Part shown: positions 55,630-64,000 of the stretch, piece after piece
Numbering within the stretch: the first letter of the stretch is position 1
Layout: each line of letters starts with the position of its first letter
Origin: an uncultured Collinsella sp.
GTDB taxonomy: Bacteria; Actinomycetota; Coriobacteriia; Coriobacteriales; Coriobacteriaceae
Direction: 5' to 3'
DNA length: 64,000 nt
Assembly: GCA_958405565.1 (NCBI GenBank)
Contig: CATYEN010000007.1
Span: 1,609 to 65,608 of the forward strand
Made by a program: the position numbers and the translations under genes
Notes under the pieces: generated by a model
Database searches by the model: none
Seen by the model: the letters and a program-made list of their open reading frames with translations, nothing else
Told to the model about the DNA's origin: nothing

Positions 55630-56339
55630 TATACAACGGCTTCGACTTCGCGCCGTGGTTCGACACCCGGCTCGTGACCCGCTCGCTGCTGCCCGAGTAC
55701 GAAATCGCCACGCGCGACGTGCCCGGGCAGCCCGGCTCGCGCTTCATGCGCGCAGAGCTGAAACCCCTGACGATAGACGTGGCGGCGGCCTGGAGGGCGC
55801 GCCCCGCCGACGATATGGCGGTCCTTCGCCGCCTCATGGCCTCGCGCCTGTTGTGCCTCAAGGAGGCCGAGCTGTGGCTGGACGACGAGAGGCACCTGGG
55901 CCTGCGCTACATGGCCGTGCTGACCTCGCCGGGCGCGCTCGACACGTTGTGGCACACCGGCGAGGCCACGCTGACGTTCACGGCATACGACCCCGTGGCC
56001 TACGGGGCCGAGGGGCGCGCAACCGTGTCGGGCACCTCGGGCGTGCAGGTGGGCGGGACGTTCCGCACCTACCCCACCGTGACCGTCAGGCCCGGCGGCA
56101 GCACGTCGGCGCTGCGGCTGACGAACATGGGCACGGGCGAGTTCGTGCAGATCGACAAGGCGGTGACGGCATCGAGTGAGGTGGTCATCGACATGGCCGC
56201 CCCGCAGGCCACGGTGGACGGCAGCCCCGCGCCCGTGACCTTCGAGAGTGACTTCTTCCCGCTGGAGCCGGGGGCCAACAGCCTCAAGCTGTCCAGCGGC
56301 ACCGCGACGATACAGTGGACGGAAAGGTACGCGGGCTGA
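55626..56339 (+). CDS. Distal tail protein (Dit)
   Basis: ATGA overlap with the tape measure stop. 237 aa, at the canonical position. Confidence 0.6.
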   Translation: MIYNGFDFAPWFDTRLVTRSLLPEYEIATRDVPGQPGSRFMRAELKPLTIDVAAAWRARPADDMAVLRRLMASRLLCLKEAELWLDDERHLGLRYMAVLTSPGALDTLWHTGEATLTFTAYDPVAYGAEGRATVSGTSGVQVGGTFRTYPTVTVRPGGSTSALRLTNMGTGEFVQIDKAVTASSEVVIDMAAPQATVDGSPAPVTFESDFFPLEPGANSLKLSSGTATIQWTERYAG

Positions 56340-58891
56340 TGATTCTGTGGGCATGCGACCGCTGGGAGGCGTACAAGGGACCCATCAAGACGCTGTTCGA
56401 GTGCGAGGACACGCGCGAGGTCAACGGCGAGAACGCCCTGAGCATCACAACGCTGGCGCGCCTGGACAAGGGCGACCGCCTGGTGTGGCGCGACCTCAAG
56501 GGCCGCTGGCACGAGAACATCGTGGACGGCGTGGAGGAGGAGCGCGCGAGCGCGGGCATCCTCTACACGTACTACTGCCCGACCTCGGCGCAAATCGAGC
56601 TCCTGGGCGACTACCTGGAGGACAAGCGCCCCTACGACGTGAGCGCCTACGCCGCGCTGGCCTCGGCGCTGTCCTCCTCGCGCTGGCAGGTCGGAACCGT
56701 GGCCGACCTCGGGCAGGCCGGCACGAACTTCTACCACACCAACGCATGGGCGGCCATCCACGACGTGGCAGACACTTGGGGCGGCGAGCTGTCGTTCGAA
56801 ATTCAGGTGAGCGGCACCAAGGTGACCGCACGCCGCGTGTGCATGGCCAAGCAGGTCGGCGAGGACAACGGCAAGCGTTTCACCTACGCCAAGGACCTCG
56901 TGAGCGTCAAGCGCAGCGTGGACGAGGGCAACGTGTGCACGGCCCTGTACGGCTACGGCAAGTCCCTGCAGACCGCCGACAAGGACGGCAACCTGACGGG
57001 CGGCTACGACCGCAAGCTGACCTTTGGCGACGTGAACGGCGGGCGGAACTGGGTGGGCAGCGCCGACGCGCTGGCGCGCTGGGGACGGCCCGACGGCAAG
57101 GGCGGCAAGGCCCACGTGTTCGGCGACGTGGAGTTCTCCGACTGCGAGGACGCCGCCGAGCTGAAGAAGCTCACCGAGGCGCAGCTGGCGCAGTCGTGCG
57201 TGCCCACCGTGTCCTACACCGTGGACGCCACGGCGCTTGCGCGCGCCGGCGAGGGCTTCGAGGGCGCGGACGAGGGCGACCTGGTGACCGTGGTGGACAA
57301 GGTGTACGACCCGCCGCTGCGCGTGCGCACCCGCATCACCAAGGTGGTGGAGGACCAGCTGCGCCCCGGCGAGGTCACCTACACGTTCGGCAACTACCAG
57401 ACCGTGGCCGAGCTGATGGCCGCCCAGAAGTCCAGCGCAAAGAGAACGGCTTCGAGCATCCGCGCCACCGTGGCCGACGCGGTAAACGCGTCCAACAAGG
57501 CATCGACCGGCAAATGGGGCGAGAGCCTGGCGGCCTCCGAGAAGCGCCAGGAGGCGTTCGCCAGGGAGCAGGGCGGCGCGGCCAAGGACTACGCCGACGA
57601 GGTGAAGGATGCGCTGGACAAGGCCCTCAAGGAGTACGCCGACAACGGGGACACCACCCTAGAGGAAGCCCTCAAGAAGTATTCCGACGACGGCAACCTG
57701 TCCCTTGAGGAGGTGCTCAAGCTCTACACCGACACCACGGTGGAGCAGAGCGAGAGCGTGCTCAAGAAGATAGACGAGGCCAACAAGGAGTACCTGGAAG
57801 GCATCACCGGCTCGCTGGACGAGCGCCTGACGAGCGCCGAGGGCGAGGTTGAGGGCTTGCAGAACCAGCTCGACCAGCTGCCGACGGATATCCGCAAGAA
57901 AATCGTGGAAATGCTCAACAGCGAGATAAACACCACGGGCGGCTGGGTGTACGAGGAGCCCGGCCAGGGCATCCTCGTGTACGACAAGAAGCCGGAGAAC
58001 GCGACCAAGTGCGTGAAGATAGGCGGCGGCGTCATCGGCGTGGCCAACTCCAAGTACTCCAGCGGCGCGTGGAAGTGGCGCACGGCCATCACCGGCGACG
58101 GCGTGACCGCCAACGAGCTGACCACGGGCCGCATCAAGGGCGGCAACTCGTACTGGGACCTCGACAGCGGGGCCTTCTATCTGCGCGACGGCTCCATCTT
58201 CATGACGGACGGCAACGGCAACAGGGTCTACATCAACGCCACCAACGGCTTCCAGATATACGACAAGAACGGCTCCATCATCGCGGGCACCGTGCTGGTG
58301 GGCAGCACCTCCATGTTCCGCTGCAACATGGTCGGCACGTCGTCAACCAACTACATCACCACCGGCACGACGACGAACAACCACCCGGGAGCGTCGTTCG
58401 TGAACGGCTCGACCGAGTACTGCACCATCGAGGCCGTCCACGCGAAGGACAGCCCCACGGCAAGCTCGACCGACGGCGTGGGCATATCCACCTGCGGCTA
58501 CGGCTTCCTGGCAGTCAACCGCTACTACCGCCAGACGTGGCTGACAACCCCCTACTACGCGGGCTACATGAGCCATCCCGACGAGCAGCTGTACATGAAG
58601 AGCGGCAACAGCAACGCGGGCGGCTCGGCGTACGTGAAGCTGCAGGAGAGCTCCAACAACTACGTGTACCTGGATAGCAGCCGCGCAGACATTGGGTCGT
58701 CGGGCACCGCCAGGATACTCGCCCCGAAGTTCGCCATAGGAACCAGTCCGAGCAGCGGCGGCACCTACGGGTACACGGGCTCCACGCAGTTCATCGGGTG
58801 CATCACCAACAACGGCAACAACTGGACGTGGGGCACCATCAACGTGGTGAACGGAATCATCACCGGCATGAGCAGCATCACGGGAAACTAG
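56339..58891 (+). CDS. Tail-associated protein (Tal / prophage tail endopeptidase-like) with a long C-terminal extension
   Basis: ATG at 56339 overlaps the Dit stop. 850 aa, at the canonical position, with a coiled-coil middle region. Confidence 0.6.
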   Translation: MILWACDRWEAYKGPIKTLFECEDTREVNGENALSITTLARLDKGDRLVWRDLKGRWHENIVDGVEEERASAGILYTYYCPTSAQIELLGDYLEDKRPYDVSAYAALASALSSSRWQVGTVADLGQAGTNFYHTNAWAAIHDVADTWGGELSFEIQVSGTKVTARRVCMAKQVGEDNGKRFTYAKDLVSVKRSVDEGNVCTALYGYGKSLQTADKDGNLTGGYDRKLTFGDVNGGRNWVGSADALARWGRPDGKGGKAHVFGDVEFSDCEDAAELKKLTEAQLAQSCVPTVSYTVDATALARAGEGFEGADEGDLVTVVDKVYDPPLRVRTRITKVVEDQLRPGEVTYTFGNYQTVAELMAAQKSSAKRTASSIRATVADAVNASNKASTGKWGESLAASEKRQEAFAREQGGAAKDYADEVKDALDKALKEYADNGDTTLEEALKKYSDDGNLSLEEVLKLYTDTTVEQSESVLKKIDEANKEYLEGITGSLDERLTSAEGEVEGLQNQLDQLPTDIRKKIVEMLNSEINTTGGWVYEEPGQGILVYDKKPENATKCVKIGGGVIGVANSKYSSGAWKWRTAITGDGVTANELTTGRIKGGNSYWDLDSGAFYLRDGSIFMTDGNGNRVYINATNGFQIYDKNGSIIAGTVLVGSTSMFRCNMVGTSSTNYITTGTTTNNHPGASFVNGSTEYCTIEAVHAKDSPTASSTDGVGISTCGYGFLAVNRYYRQTWLTTPYYAGYMSHPDEQLYMKSGNSNAGGSAYVKLQESSNNYVYLDSSRADIGSSGTARILAPKFAIGTSPSSGGTYGYTGSTQFIGCITNNGNNWTWGTINVVNGIITGMSSITGN

Positions 58892-58912
58892 ACCAGCGAG
58901 AGAGGAAACGGA

Positions 58913-59233
58913 ATGTTCTACCACCTTGTGCAGCAGCCCGAAGCGCCACAGGCGCTCGACGGCGCGCCGAAGCCGCCCGAGGCGCTTCCGGTGTTCGAGT
59001 GCATCAGCGACCCGGCCACGGCGCGGGCCATCGTGGAATCGGAAGACGTGTTCGAGTTCGACGGCAAGGGCGGCTTCACGCTCGTGTCCAGCCCCGTGGC
59101 CGTCATGGACGCGGAAGGCGGCGAGGCCAACGCCGTGGACTTCTCGGCGCTCACCGACGAGGAGATATGCGGGGTCCACAGAGCGCAGCCCGGCGACATG
59201 TTGCGGACACTTGCGCCCGAAGGGAAGGAGTGA
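58913..59233 (+). CDS. Hypothetical tail-region protein
   Basis: 106-aa ORF with AGAGGAAA upstream. Confidence 0.45.
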   Translation: MFYHLVQQPEAPQALDGAPKPPEALPVFECISDPATARAIVESEDVFEFDGKGGFTLVSSPVAVMDAEGGEANAVDFSALTDEEICGVHRAQPGDMLRTLAPEGKE

Positions 59234-59236
59234 GGC

Positions 59237-60139
59237 ATGGCAACGCACGAGCTTACGCTCAACCTCAAGAAGACCAACATAGCGCCGCCCGTCATCACCG
59301 TGCACCAGGGCGACAGCGCCGAGGTCCTGAAGGCCGCCATCTACGACGGCGACAAGAAGGCGGCCCTGACGGGCTGCAAGGTACACCTCATGGCCGCGAA
59401 GCCCGACCACACCTACGTGGAGCAGCAGTTCACGGGCATCAGCGACAACGTGGCCACCGTGACCGTCAACCCCGCCGTCTTCGGCGTGGCCGGGCTGCTC
59501 AAGGTGTGCTACGTGCGCGTGCGGAACGCGGCGGGGCTGGACGCCACCACCGAGAACGTACTGGTGAACGTGCTGCCATCGGCGAGCGCGTCGGGCGAGA
59601 TATCCGGCCCGTACGTCGATGCGGTGGAGGCGATCATCGCGAACCTCAAAGGGCAGCTAGCCGACGTGAGCGCGCTGAACGCGCAGATGCAGAAGGCCGA
59701 GGCCTCCCGCGCGAGCGCGGAAAACCAGCGCGCCGCGAACGAGAAGGCACGCCAGACCGCCGAAACCAAGCGCGCAGAGGCCGAGAAGAAGCGCGCCACG
59801 GCGGAAAGCGCCCGCGTCACCGAGGCGGCGCAGCTGAAGACGGCCTCGCAAGCCGCCACGGCTGCGGCAAACGGCGCGGCCTCGAACGCCGACGCGGCGG
59901 CCAACACCGCCCTGCAGATAGCCAACAGCGTGGCGCAGGGCAGCGCGGGCAGCTCGGACATGGCCAAGCAGAAGCAGCAGATAGCCGACCTGTACGGCAA
60001 GCTTGCCGACGTCACGAACGCGTTCATCTACGACGACGGCACCGTGTACTGCCCCGCCTCCAAGGCCAGCGCATCGGGCAGCACCGTCACGTTCGGGAGC
60101 ACCTGCACGGCGTCCGGCACAACCCTCAACCTCAAGTAG
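59237..60139 (+). CDS. BppU-like baseplate/fibre protein (Ig-like N-terminus plus Ala-rich coiled coil)
   Basis: 300 aa. The N-terminal block ITVHQGDSAEVLKAAIYDGDKKAALTGCKVHLMAAKPD resembles BppU_N. A long Ala/Gln/Glu coiled-coil region follows. Confidence 0.5.
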   Translation: MATHELTLNLKKTNIAPPVITVHQGDSAEVLKAAIYDGDKKAALTGCKVHLMAAKPDHTYVEQQFTGISDNVATVTVNPAVFGVAGLLKVCYVRVRNAAGLDATTENVLVNVLPSASASGEISGPYVDAVEAIIANLKGQLADVSALNAQMQKAEASRASAENQRAANEKARQTAETKRAEAEKKRATAESARVTEAAQLKTASQAATAAANGAASNADAAANTALQIANSVAQGSAGSSDMAKQKQQIADLYGKLADVTNAFIYDDGTVYCPASKASASGSTVTFGSTCTASGTTLNLK

Positions 60140-60151
60140 AAAGGCAACGAA

Positions 60152-61060
60152 ATGGCACAAGCGAAAACCCTGTCGGTGGGCGGCATCGGCTACGAGGTCA
60201 TCGACGATACCGCGCGCAGAAACGCGCAGACGGCGCTCAACAACGCCGAGTACAACCGCCAGGGCCAAATCGGCAAGTACGGCGGGCAGAACATCGCCAC
60301 CATCCTGGCGGGAGAGATCGGCAGCGGCAGCGTGTACGACGCGCTGCACAAGCGAGCCGCCAACGGCAACTTCGCGGGCCTGCGCGTGGGCGACTACCTG
60401 GACGTGCCGCTCGTGAGCGCATCCGCCGTCACCACCCAGCAATCTGTGCGGTTCCTGCTTGCCCACATCGACCCGTACCTCTACTGCGGCGACAACAGCA
60501 GGGGCCACCATATCGCGTTCGTGGCGTCCGCCCCCGTGGCCGTGGCGAAGACCGCGGCCGGCGTGGCAAACGACAGCTTCCTGATGTGGAACACGACCAA
60601 CACGAACCAGGGCACCGCCGACCGGAAATGCCCATACCCCAACAGCAACCTCAAGGCGTGGGAGACGGCCTTCGAGGCGTGCCTGCCCGAAGGGCTGACC
60701 AAGTACCTGCTGACCCAGCGCGTGCTGCTTGAGGAGCGTTACAGCGCCAGCGGCGCGCTCAACGACTCTAACTCGTGGAGCTGGCAGGATATCGGCAAGG
60801 TGTTCTCGCTGTCCGAGATGGAGGTGTACGGCTGCCCGGTGTGGGGCACCAAGGGCTACAGCGTCGGCTTCGACTGCCAGTGGGACCTGTTCCGCGACAC
60901 CGCGCACCGAATCAACGGAACTCGGTTCTATTGGTGGCTGCGTTCCGTCATGGGTGGCTCCTCGTCCTACGTGTGCTACGTCAGCGACTACGGCACTGCC
61001 ACCTGCACCTCGGCGACGTACGTCTGGGTTCGCCCCCGCCCCGGCTTCCTCGTCGGCTAG
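60152..61060 (+). CDS. DGR target protein (tail-fibre/receptor-binding candidate) with a C-terminal variable region
   Basis: 302 aa. The C-terminus ...FYWWLRSVMGGSSSYVCYVSDYGTATCTSATYVWVRPRPGFLVG looks like a CLec/FGE-type variable fold. Its last 129 nt before the final codons are repeated as the TR. Confidence 0.8.
   Translation: MAQAKTLSVGGIGYEVIDDTARRNAQTALNNAEYNRQGQIGKYGGQNIATILAGEIGSGSVYDALHKRAANGNFAGLRVGDYLDVPLVSASAVTTQQSVRFLLAHIDPYLYCGDNSRGHHIAFVASAPVAVAKTAAGVANDSFLMWNTTNTNQGTADRKCPYPNSNLKAWETAFEACLPEGLTKYLLTQRVLLEERYSASGALNDSNSWSWQDIGKVFSLSEMEVYGCPVWGTKGYSVGFDCQWDLFRDTAHRINGTRFYWWLRSVMGGSSSYVCYVSDYGTATCTSATYVWVRPRPGFLVG
60921..61049 (+). repeat. DGR variable repeat (VR)
   Basis: It aligns without gaps to 61660-61788. 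There are 17 mismatches, and 15 correspond to A in the TR. Confidence 0.85.
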
Positions 61061-61088
61061 CCAGCCGAGTGCTCTATACTTCTCTTTC

Positions 61089-61115
61089 GATGCGACCGCC
61101 TTGCGCGGTCGCATC
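61089..61115 (+). other. 11-bp-stem hairpin downstream of the VR (DGR target-recognition hairpin candidate)
   Basis: gatgcgaccgc-cttgc-gcggtcgcatc, starting 40 nt after the VR end. Confidence 0.5.
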
Positions 61116-61118
61116 CCT

Positions 61119-61143
61119 GCCCGCGCAGCGGGCCGTTTTTTTT
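61119..61143 (+). terminator. Rho-independent terminator after the DGR target gene
   Basis: gcccgc-gca-gcgggc, then cg plus T8. Confidence 0.7.
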
Positions 61144-61165
61144 GCCACTATTTCCGGGAGGTGCC

Positions 61166-61636
61166 ATGAGCGGCGTCTACCAGCGAAACCGCGAGGTGTC
61201 CGAGTACAAGTTCTTCACGCAGGCCATCGCCATCCGCGTGGAGGTCAACAAGCTCATGGCCTCCTCGTCGGTCGTGCCGAAAGCCTACAGGCTGCTGAAC
61301 GCGGTGCCCACGGTGGAGACCGCGCGCAGCATCGTATACAACGTCAACCGCGCCGACTGCTTCTACCCCAACAGTTCGTTCAACGCACTTGAGCGCAAGC
61401 GCTACCTGACGCTGGCGATAGCCGACTGCGAGCAGCTGATGCTCGACATGCAGTGCCTCATGGACATCGGCCTGCCCGTGAACGCCAACCGCTTCGAGGC
61501 GCTGGCGGGCATGGTCGAGGAGGAGATCAAACTGCTCAAGGGCGCGCGCAAGAACGTACGCGTCACCGGCAAGAAGACGACCGACGAGCGCATAGCCGAG
61601 GCCGAGGCCGAGCTAGAGCGCCTGCGTTCGTTATAA
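61166..61636 (+). CDS. avd: Avd-like accessory variability determinant (four-helix-bundle type)
   Basis: ATG at 61166 after GGGAGG. It is 156 aa, basic and helical, and lies between the target gene and the TR as in known DGRs. Confidence 0.6.
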   Translation: MSGVYQRNREVSEYKFFTQAIAIRVEVNKLMASSSVVPKAYRLLNAVPTVETARSIVYNVNRADCFYPNSSFNALERKRYLTLAIADCEQLMLDMQCLMDIGLPVNANRFEALAGMVEEEIKLLKGARKNVRVTGKKTTDERIAEAEAELERLRSL

Positions 61637-61659
61637 TGGGCGGCGGTCCCGCCTTGTAT

Positions 61660-61788
61660 ATCAGTACAATTGGTGGCTGCGTTCCGTCATGGGTGGCTCC
61701 TCGTCCAACGTGTGCTACGTCAACAACAACGGCAATGCCAACTACAATTCGGCGACGAACACCTGGGTTCGCCCCCGCCCCGGATTCC
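61660..61788 (+). repeat. DGR template repeat (TR)
   Basis: Non-coding copy of the VR. In the VR frame it reads ..QYNWWLRSVMGGSSSNVCYVNNNGNANYNSATNTWVRPRPG, rich in AAC/AAT codons. Confidence 0.85.
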
Positions 61789-62000
61789 CTTACTGCCAGA
61801 CCGAGTAGGCCAGCGGGCCGAAAGCAGAGCGCGGAGAGGAAGGAAGGCGCGACCATTGGGCGCGAGCCCGTAAATACGCACCCCGCGAGGGTGGCCGGAC
61901 GCTGCTTGCATGGCGCGGCGCTCCGTGGCTTCGCCGCGTTTCATGGCCATACCTCAAGCGGCTGTCAGAGCCACATTGCAAGCCGTGCGGGGTGCCTTCT

Positions 62001-63203
62001 ATGAACTCAGAGGAAAGGCGGGCGGCGCGCCGGAAGCGCCGCGAGGAGAAGCGCGCGAAAGCAAAGGCCGAGCGCGTCAAGGCGTGCACGCTTGAGACCG
62101 TGGCCGACCTTAACAGCCTGTGCAAGGCATCAAAGCAGGCCGCGCGCGGCGTGATGTGGAAGGCGTCCACGCAGCGGTACATGAGAAGCTACCTGCGCAA
62201 CGCCGTCCTTTCCCGCCGCGACCTTTTGGAGGGCCGCGACATATGCCGGGGCTTCATACGGTTCGACCTATGGGAGCGCGGCAAGCTGAGGCATATCAGC
62301 GCCGTGCACTTCCCCGAGCGCGTGGTGCAGAAGTCGCTGTCGCAGAACGCGCTCGTGCCCGCAATCGTGCCCACCCTCATAGCCGCGAACTCCGCGAACA
62401 TTAAAGGGCGCGGCACCGACTACGCCCTGAAGCTGCTCAAGCGCCACCTGGCCGACCACTGGAGGCGGCACGGCCGCGAGGGCTACATCCTCCTGGGCGA
62501 CTTCTCCGACTACTTCGCGCGCATAGCGCACCAACCCGTCAAAAACCAGGTGGCCTCCGCGCTGCTAGATCCGCGCGTGGTCGCCTTGGAACACCGTCTG
62601 ATAGACGCGCAGGGCGATGTGGGCTTGGGGCTGGGCAGCGAGCCGAACCAGATATGCGCCGTGGCCCACCCCAACCGCATCGACCACTATGTGACCGAGA
62701 TGCTGCGCCCCGAGGCCTACGGGCGATACATGGACGACTTCTACCTGATACACGAGTCCAAGGGCTACCTGCAGGTATGCCTGCTGCTCATAGAGTGCAA
62801 GTGCGCCGAGCTGGGCATCGAGCTGAACCCGCGCAAGACCCGCGTGGTGAAGCTCACGCGCGGTTTCACGTGGCTGAAGAAGCGCATCTTCTACACGGAG
62901 ACGGGCCGCATAGTCGTGAAGCCGTGCCGAGACTCCATAACGCGGGAGCGCCGCAAGCTCAAGAAGATGGCCCGCATGGTCGCCGATGGCATCATGACCC
63001 CCGGGCAGGTGGAGCAGAGCTACCAGAGCTGGCGCGGCGGCATGAAGCGGCTGGACGCGCACCGCAGCGTGCGGGCCATGGACGCGCTGTACCGCAGCCT
63101 GTTCGGAAATCCCGCGGGGGGGGTTGCTCAATGCAATCCAAACCTGGAGGCGACACGGATGGGAACATGCCCCTACCCTAGCAACGGAAGGAGCGACCCA
63201 TGA
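62001..63203 (+). CDS. DGR reverse transcriptase
   Basis: ORF 61992..63203, with the ATG at 62001. It has the RT motif 5 sequence YMDDFYL, the motif 4-like LGLGSEPNQ, and an N-terminal basic region. Confidence 0.8.
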   Translation: MNSEERRAARRKRREEKRAKAKAERVKACTLETVADLNSLCKASKQAARGVMWKASTQRYMRSYLRNAVLSRRDLLEGRDICRGFIRFDLWERGKLRHISAVHFPERVVQKSLSQNALVPAIVPTLIAANSANIKGRGTDYALKLLKRHLADHWRRHGREGYILLGDFSDYFARIAHQPVKNQVASALLDPRVVALEHRLIDAQGDVGLGLGSEPNQICAVAHPNRIDHYVTEMLRPEAYGRYMDDFYLIHESKGYLQVCLLLIECKCAELGIELNPRKTRVVKLTRGFTWLKKRIFYTETGRIVVKPCRDSITRERRKLKKMARMVADGIMTPGQVEQSYQSWRGGMKRLDAHRSVRAMDALYRSLFGNPAGGVAQCNPNLEATRMGTCPYPSNGRSDP

Positions 63204-63445
63204 CGGAACAGGAAATCGCCGGGGAGATCAACGGCTACAAACAGCAGCTTGAGCAGAGCGACTACAAGGTCATGAAGGCGGTGGAGCGCATCTTCTCCGC
63301 ATCATCCATCACCGACCTGCTCTCGGCCATCGCCGCAGCTGCCAAGGAGGTGGCCGAGATCATCTCGCAGCGCCAGACGTGGCGCGACCGCATCAACGAG
63401 CTGGAGGCCATGGAGCCCGACCAGCCGGAAGCGCCGCAGGAGTAG
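63200..63445 (+). CDS. Hypothetical protein
   Basis: ATGA overlap with the RT stop, with GGAAGGAG upstream. 81 aa, helical. Confidence 0.5.
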   Translation: MTEQEIAGEINGYKQQLEQSDYKVMKAVERIFSASSITDLLSAIAAAAKEVAEIISQRQTWRDRINELEAMEPDQPEAPQE

Positions 63446-63447
63446 CG

Positions 63448-63467
63448 AGCGCCCCTTCGGGGGCGCT
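63448..63467 (+). terminator. Hairpin followed by conserved box D (63466-63491)
   Basis: agcgcccc-ttcg-ggggcgct, then cttttcttttgcccggcgacacctcg. Confidence 0.65.
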
Positions 63468-63531
63468 TTTCTTTTGCCCGGCGACACCTCGCGGACAATC
63501 GCGGCAGCGATTCGAGGAGGTGAGAAAACGA

Positions 63532-63945
63532 ATGACCGACGTGCTGGAAATCTTCGCGCCGTACGGCCCCGGGTCGCTTTTCGGCGCGCTGCTCGTCCTG
63601 GTGGTCCTGTATTTCGGCAAGCAGTTCCTCGAAGAGTTCAAGGCCCAAAACGAGCGCAAGGCGAACATCGACCTCAAGCGCGAGGAGCGAAAGCAGGACG
63701 AGGTGAACGAGCGGGCGCAGCGCGACCGCGAGCGCAGCCAGATGGAGGGCCGCATCGCCGCGCAGATGGAGCGCAGTAACGCGCTGATGGAGGCCATGAA
63801 GGCGCTCATGGAGTCCGTCGTGACCTCCAACGAGGTGCTGCACGCCGACCTGGCGAACAGCCAGGCGCGCAGCCAGGGCATGGCGGCGAAGGTCGACCAC
63901 ATCGCCGACCGCGTCGACCTGCTCTACAAGGAATCGGCTCGATAG
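63532..63945 (+). CDS. Membrane-anchored coiled-coil protein (lysis-module candidate)
   Basis: ATG after GAGGAGG. One N-terminal hydrophobic helix (GSLFGALLVLVVLYFG) is followed by charged helices. Confidence 0.5.
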   Translation: MTDVLEIFAPYGPGSLFGALLVLVVLYFGKQFLEEFKAQNERKANIDLKREERKQDEVNERAQRDRERSQMEGRIAAQMERSNALMEAMKALMESVVTSNEVLHADLANSQARSQGMAAKVDHIADRVDLLYKESAR

Positions 63946-63958
63946 AAAGGAATCCGAA

Positions 63959-64000
63959 ATGACAGAAATGCAAGCAATCGCAGCCATCGTGCTGTCTTTC
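63959..64000 (+). CDS. Start of a hydrophobic small protein (holin candidate), truncated by the window edge
   Basis: ATG at 63959 after AAAGGA. Product so far: MTEMQAIAAIVLSF... Confidence 0.35.
   Translation, partial: MTEMQAIAAIVLSF

Larger units (their letters stand above)
29493..64000. mobile_element. Temperate siphovirus-like prophage (left end approximate; right end beyond the window)
   Basis: A contiguous lysogeny module on the minus strand is followed on the plus strand by early, replication, packaging, head, tail, DGR and lysis-start genes. Host-type genes stop at the patatin gene. Confidence 0.9.

Noticed and set aside
63116-63123. G8 homopolymer near the 3' end of the DGR reverse transcriptase gene, considered as a frameshift or phase-variation site
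   Set aside because: I translated the G7 and G9 alternatives by eye. Neither gives a more convincing C-terminus, and all RT motifs lie upstream. It is probably harmless, though the run length should be checked in the reads.

Overview
High-G+C Gram-positive-type DNA. A Coriobacteriia-like Actinomycetota host is my inference from gene content and codon style only; no search was run. The window has two parts. (1) Positions 1 to about 29.3 kb are ordinary chromosomal genes: ychF (truncated at the left edge), a polyferredoxin, two glycerol-dehydrogenase paralogs and an Fe-alcohol dehydrogenase, two tandem paralogous helical proteins, a fused murT-gatD gene, tRNA-Glu, type III glutamine synthetase, metF plus a stand-alone MetH activation-domain protein plus a truncated metH, a UPF0210 protein, a SAM methyltransferase, yhbY, a 999-aa ATPase/SARP-type regulator, nagB, a PTS EIIA gene, glmM, rpsI-rplM and a patatin-like lipase. 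(2) From about 29.5 kb to the right edge lies a siphovirus-like temperate prophage whose right end is outside the window. It carries a large serine integrase, a lower-G+C unknown ORF and a CI-like repressor on the minus strand. These are followed on the plus strand by a Cro-like gene and RusA, then a ParB-like protein, DUF1351-ERF-SSB and replisome organizer/DnaC-like genes. Next come an HNH gene, terS/terL, portal and head genes, then tail, tape measure, Dit, Tal and a BppU-like fibre, and the start of a probable lysis module. The clearest accessory system is a complete diversity-generating retroelement (DGR) in the tail-fibre region: target gene with VR, Avd-like gene, TR and reverse transcriptase. 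VR and TR differ at 17 positions, 15 of them at TR adenines. Other items worth a second look are listed here. (a) An unknown lower-G+C ORF is wedged between the repressor and integrase. (b) A hairpin plus conserved box recurs before four late-gene modules. (c) A head-morphogenesis protein is fused to a JAB/RadC-like domain. (d) The CI-like repressor has Cys in place of the S24 catalytic Ser. (e) A G9 tract splits an early ORF. (f) A 134-nt nested palindrome lies in the host part. (g) murT and gatD are fused. All functional calls rest on motifs I recognised by eye. No homology search, HMM or folding program was run. Many long ORFs in the supplied track are antisense or out-of-frame shadows typical of high-G+C DNA and were not called.
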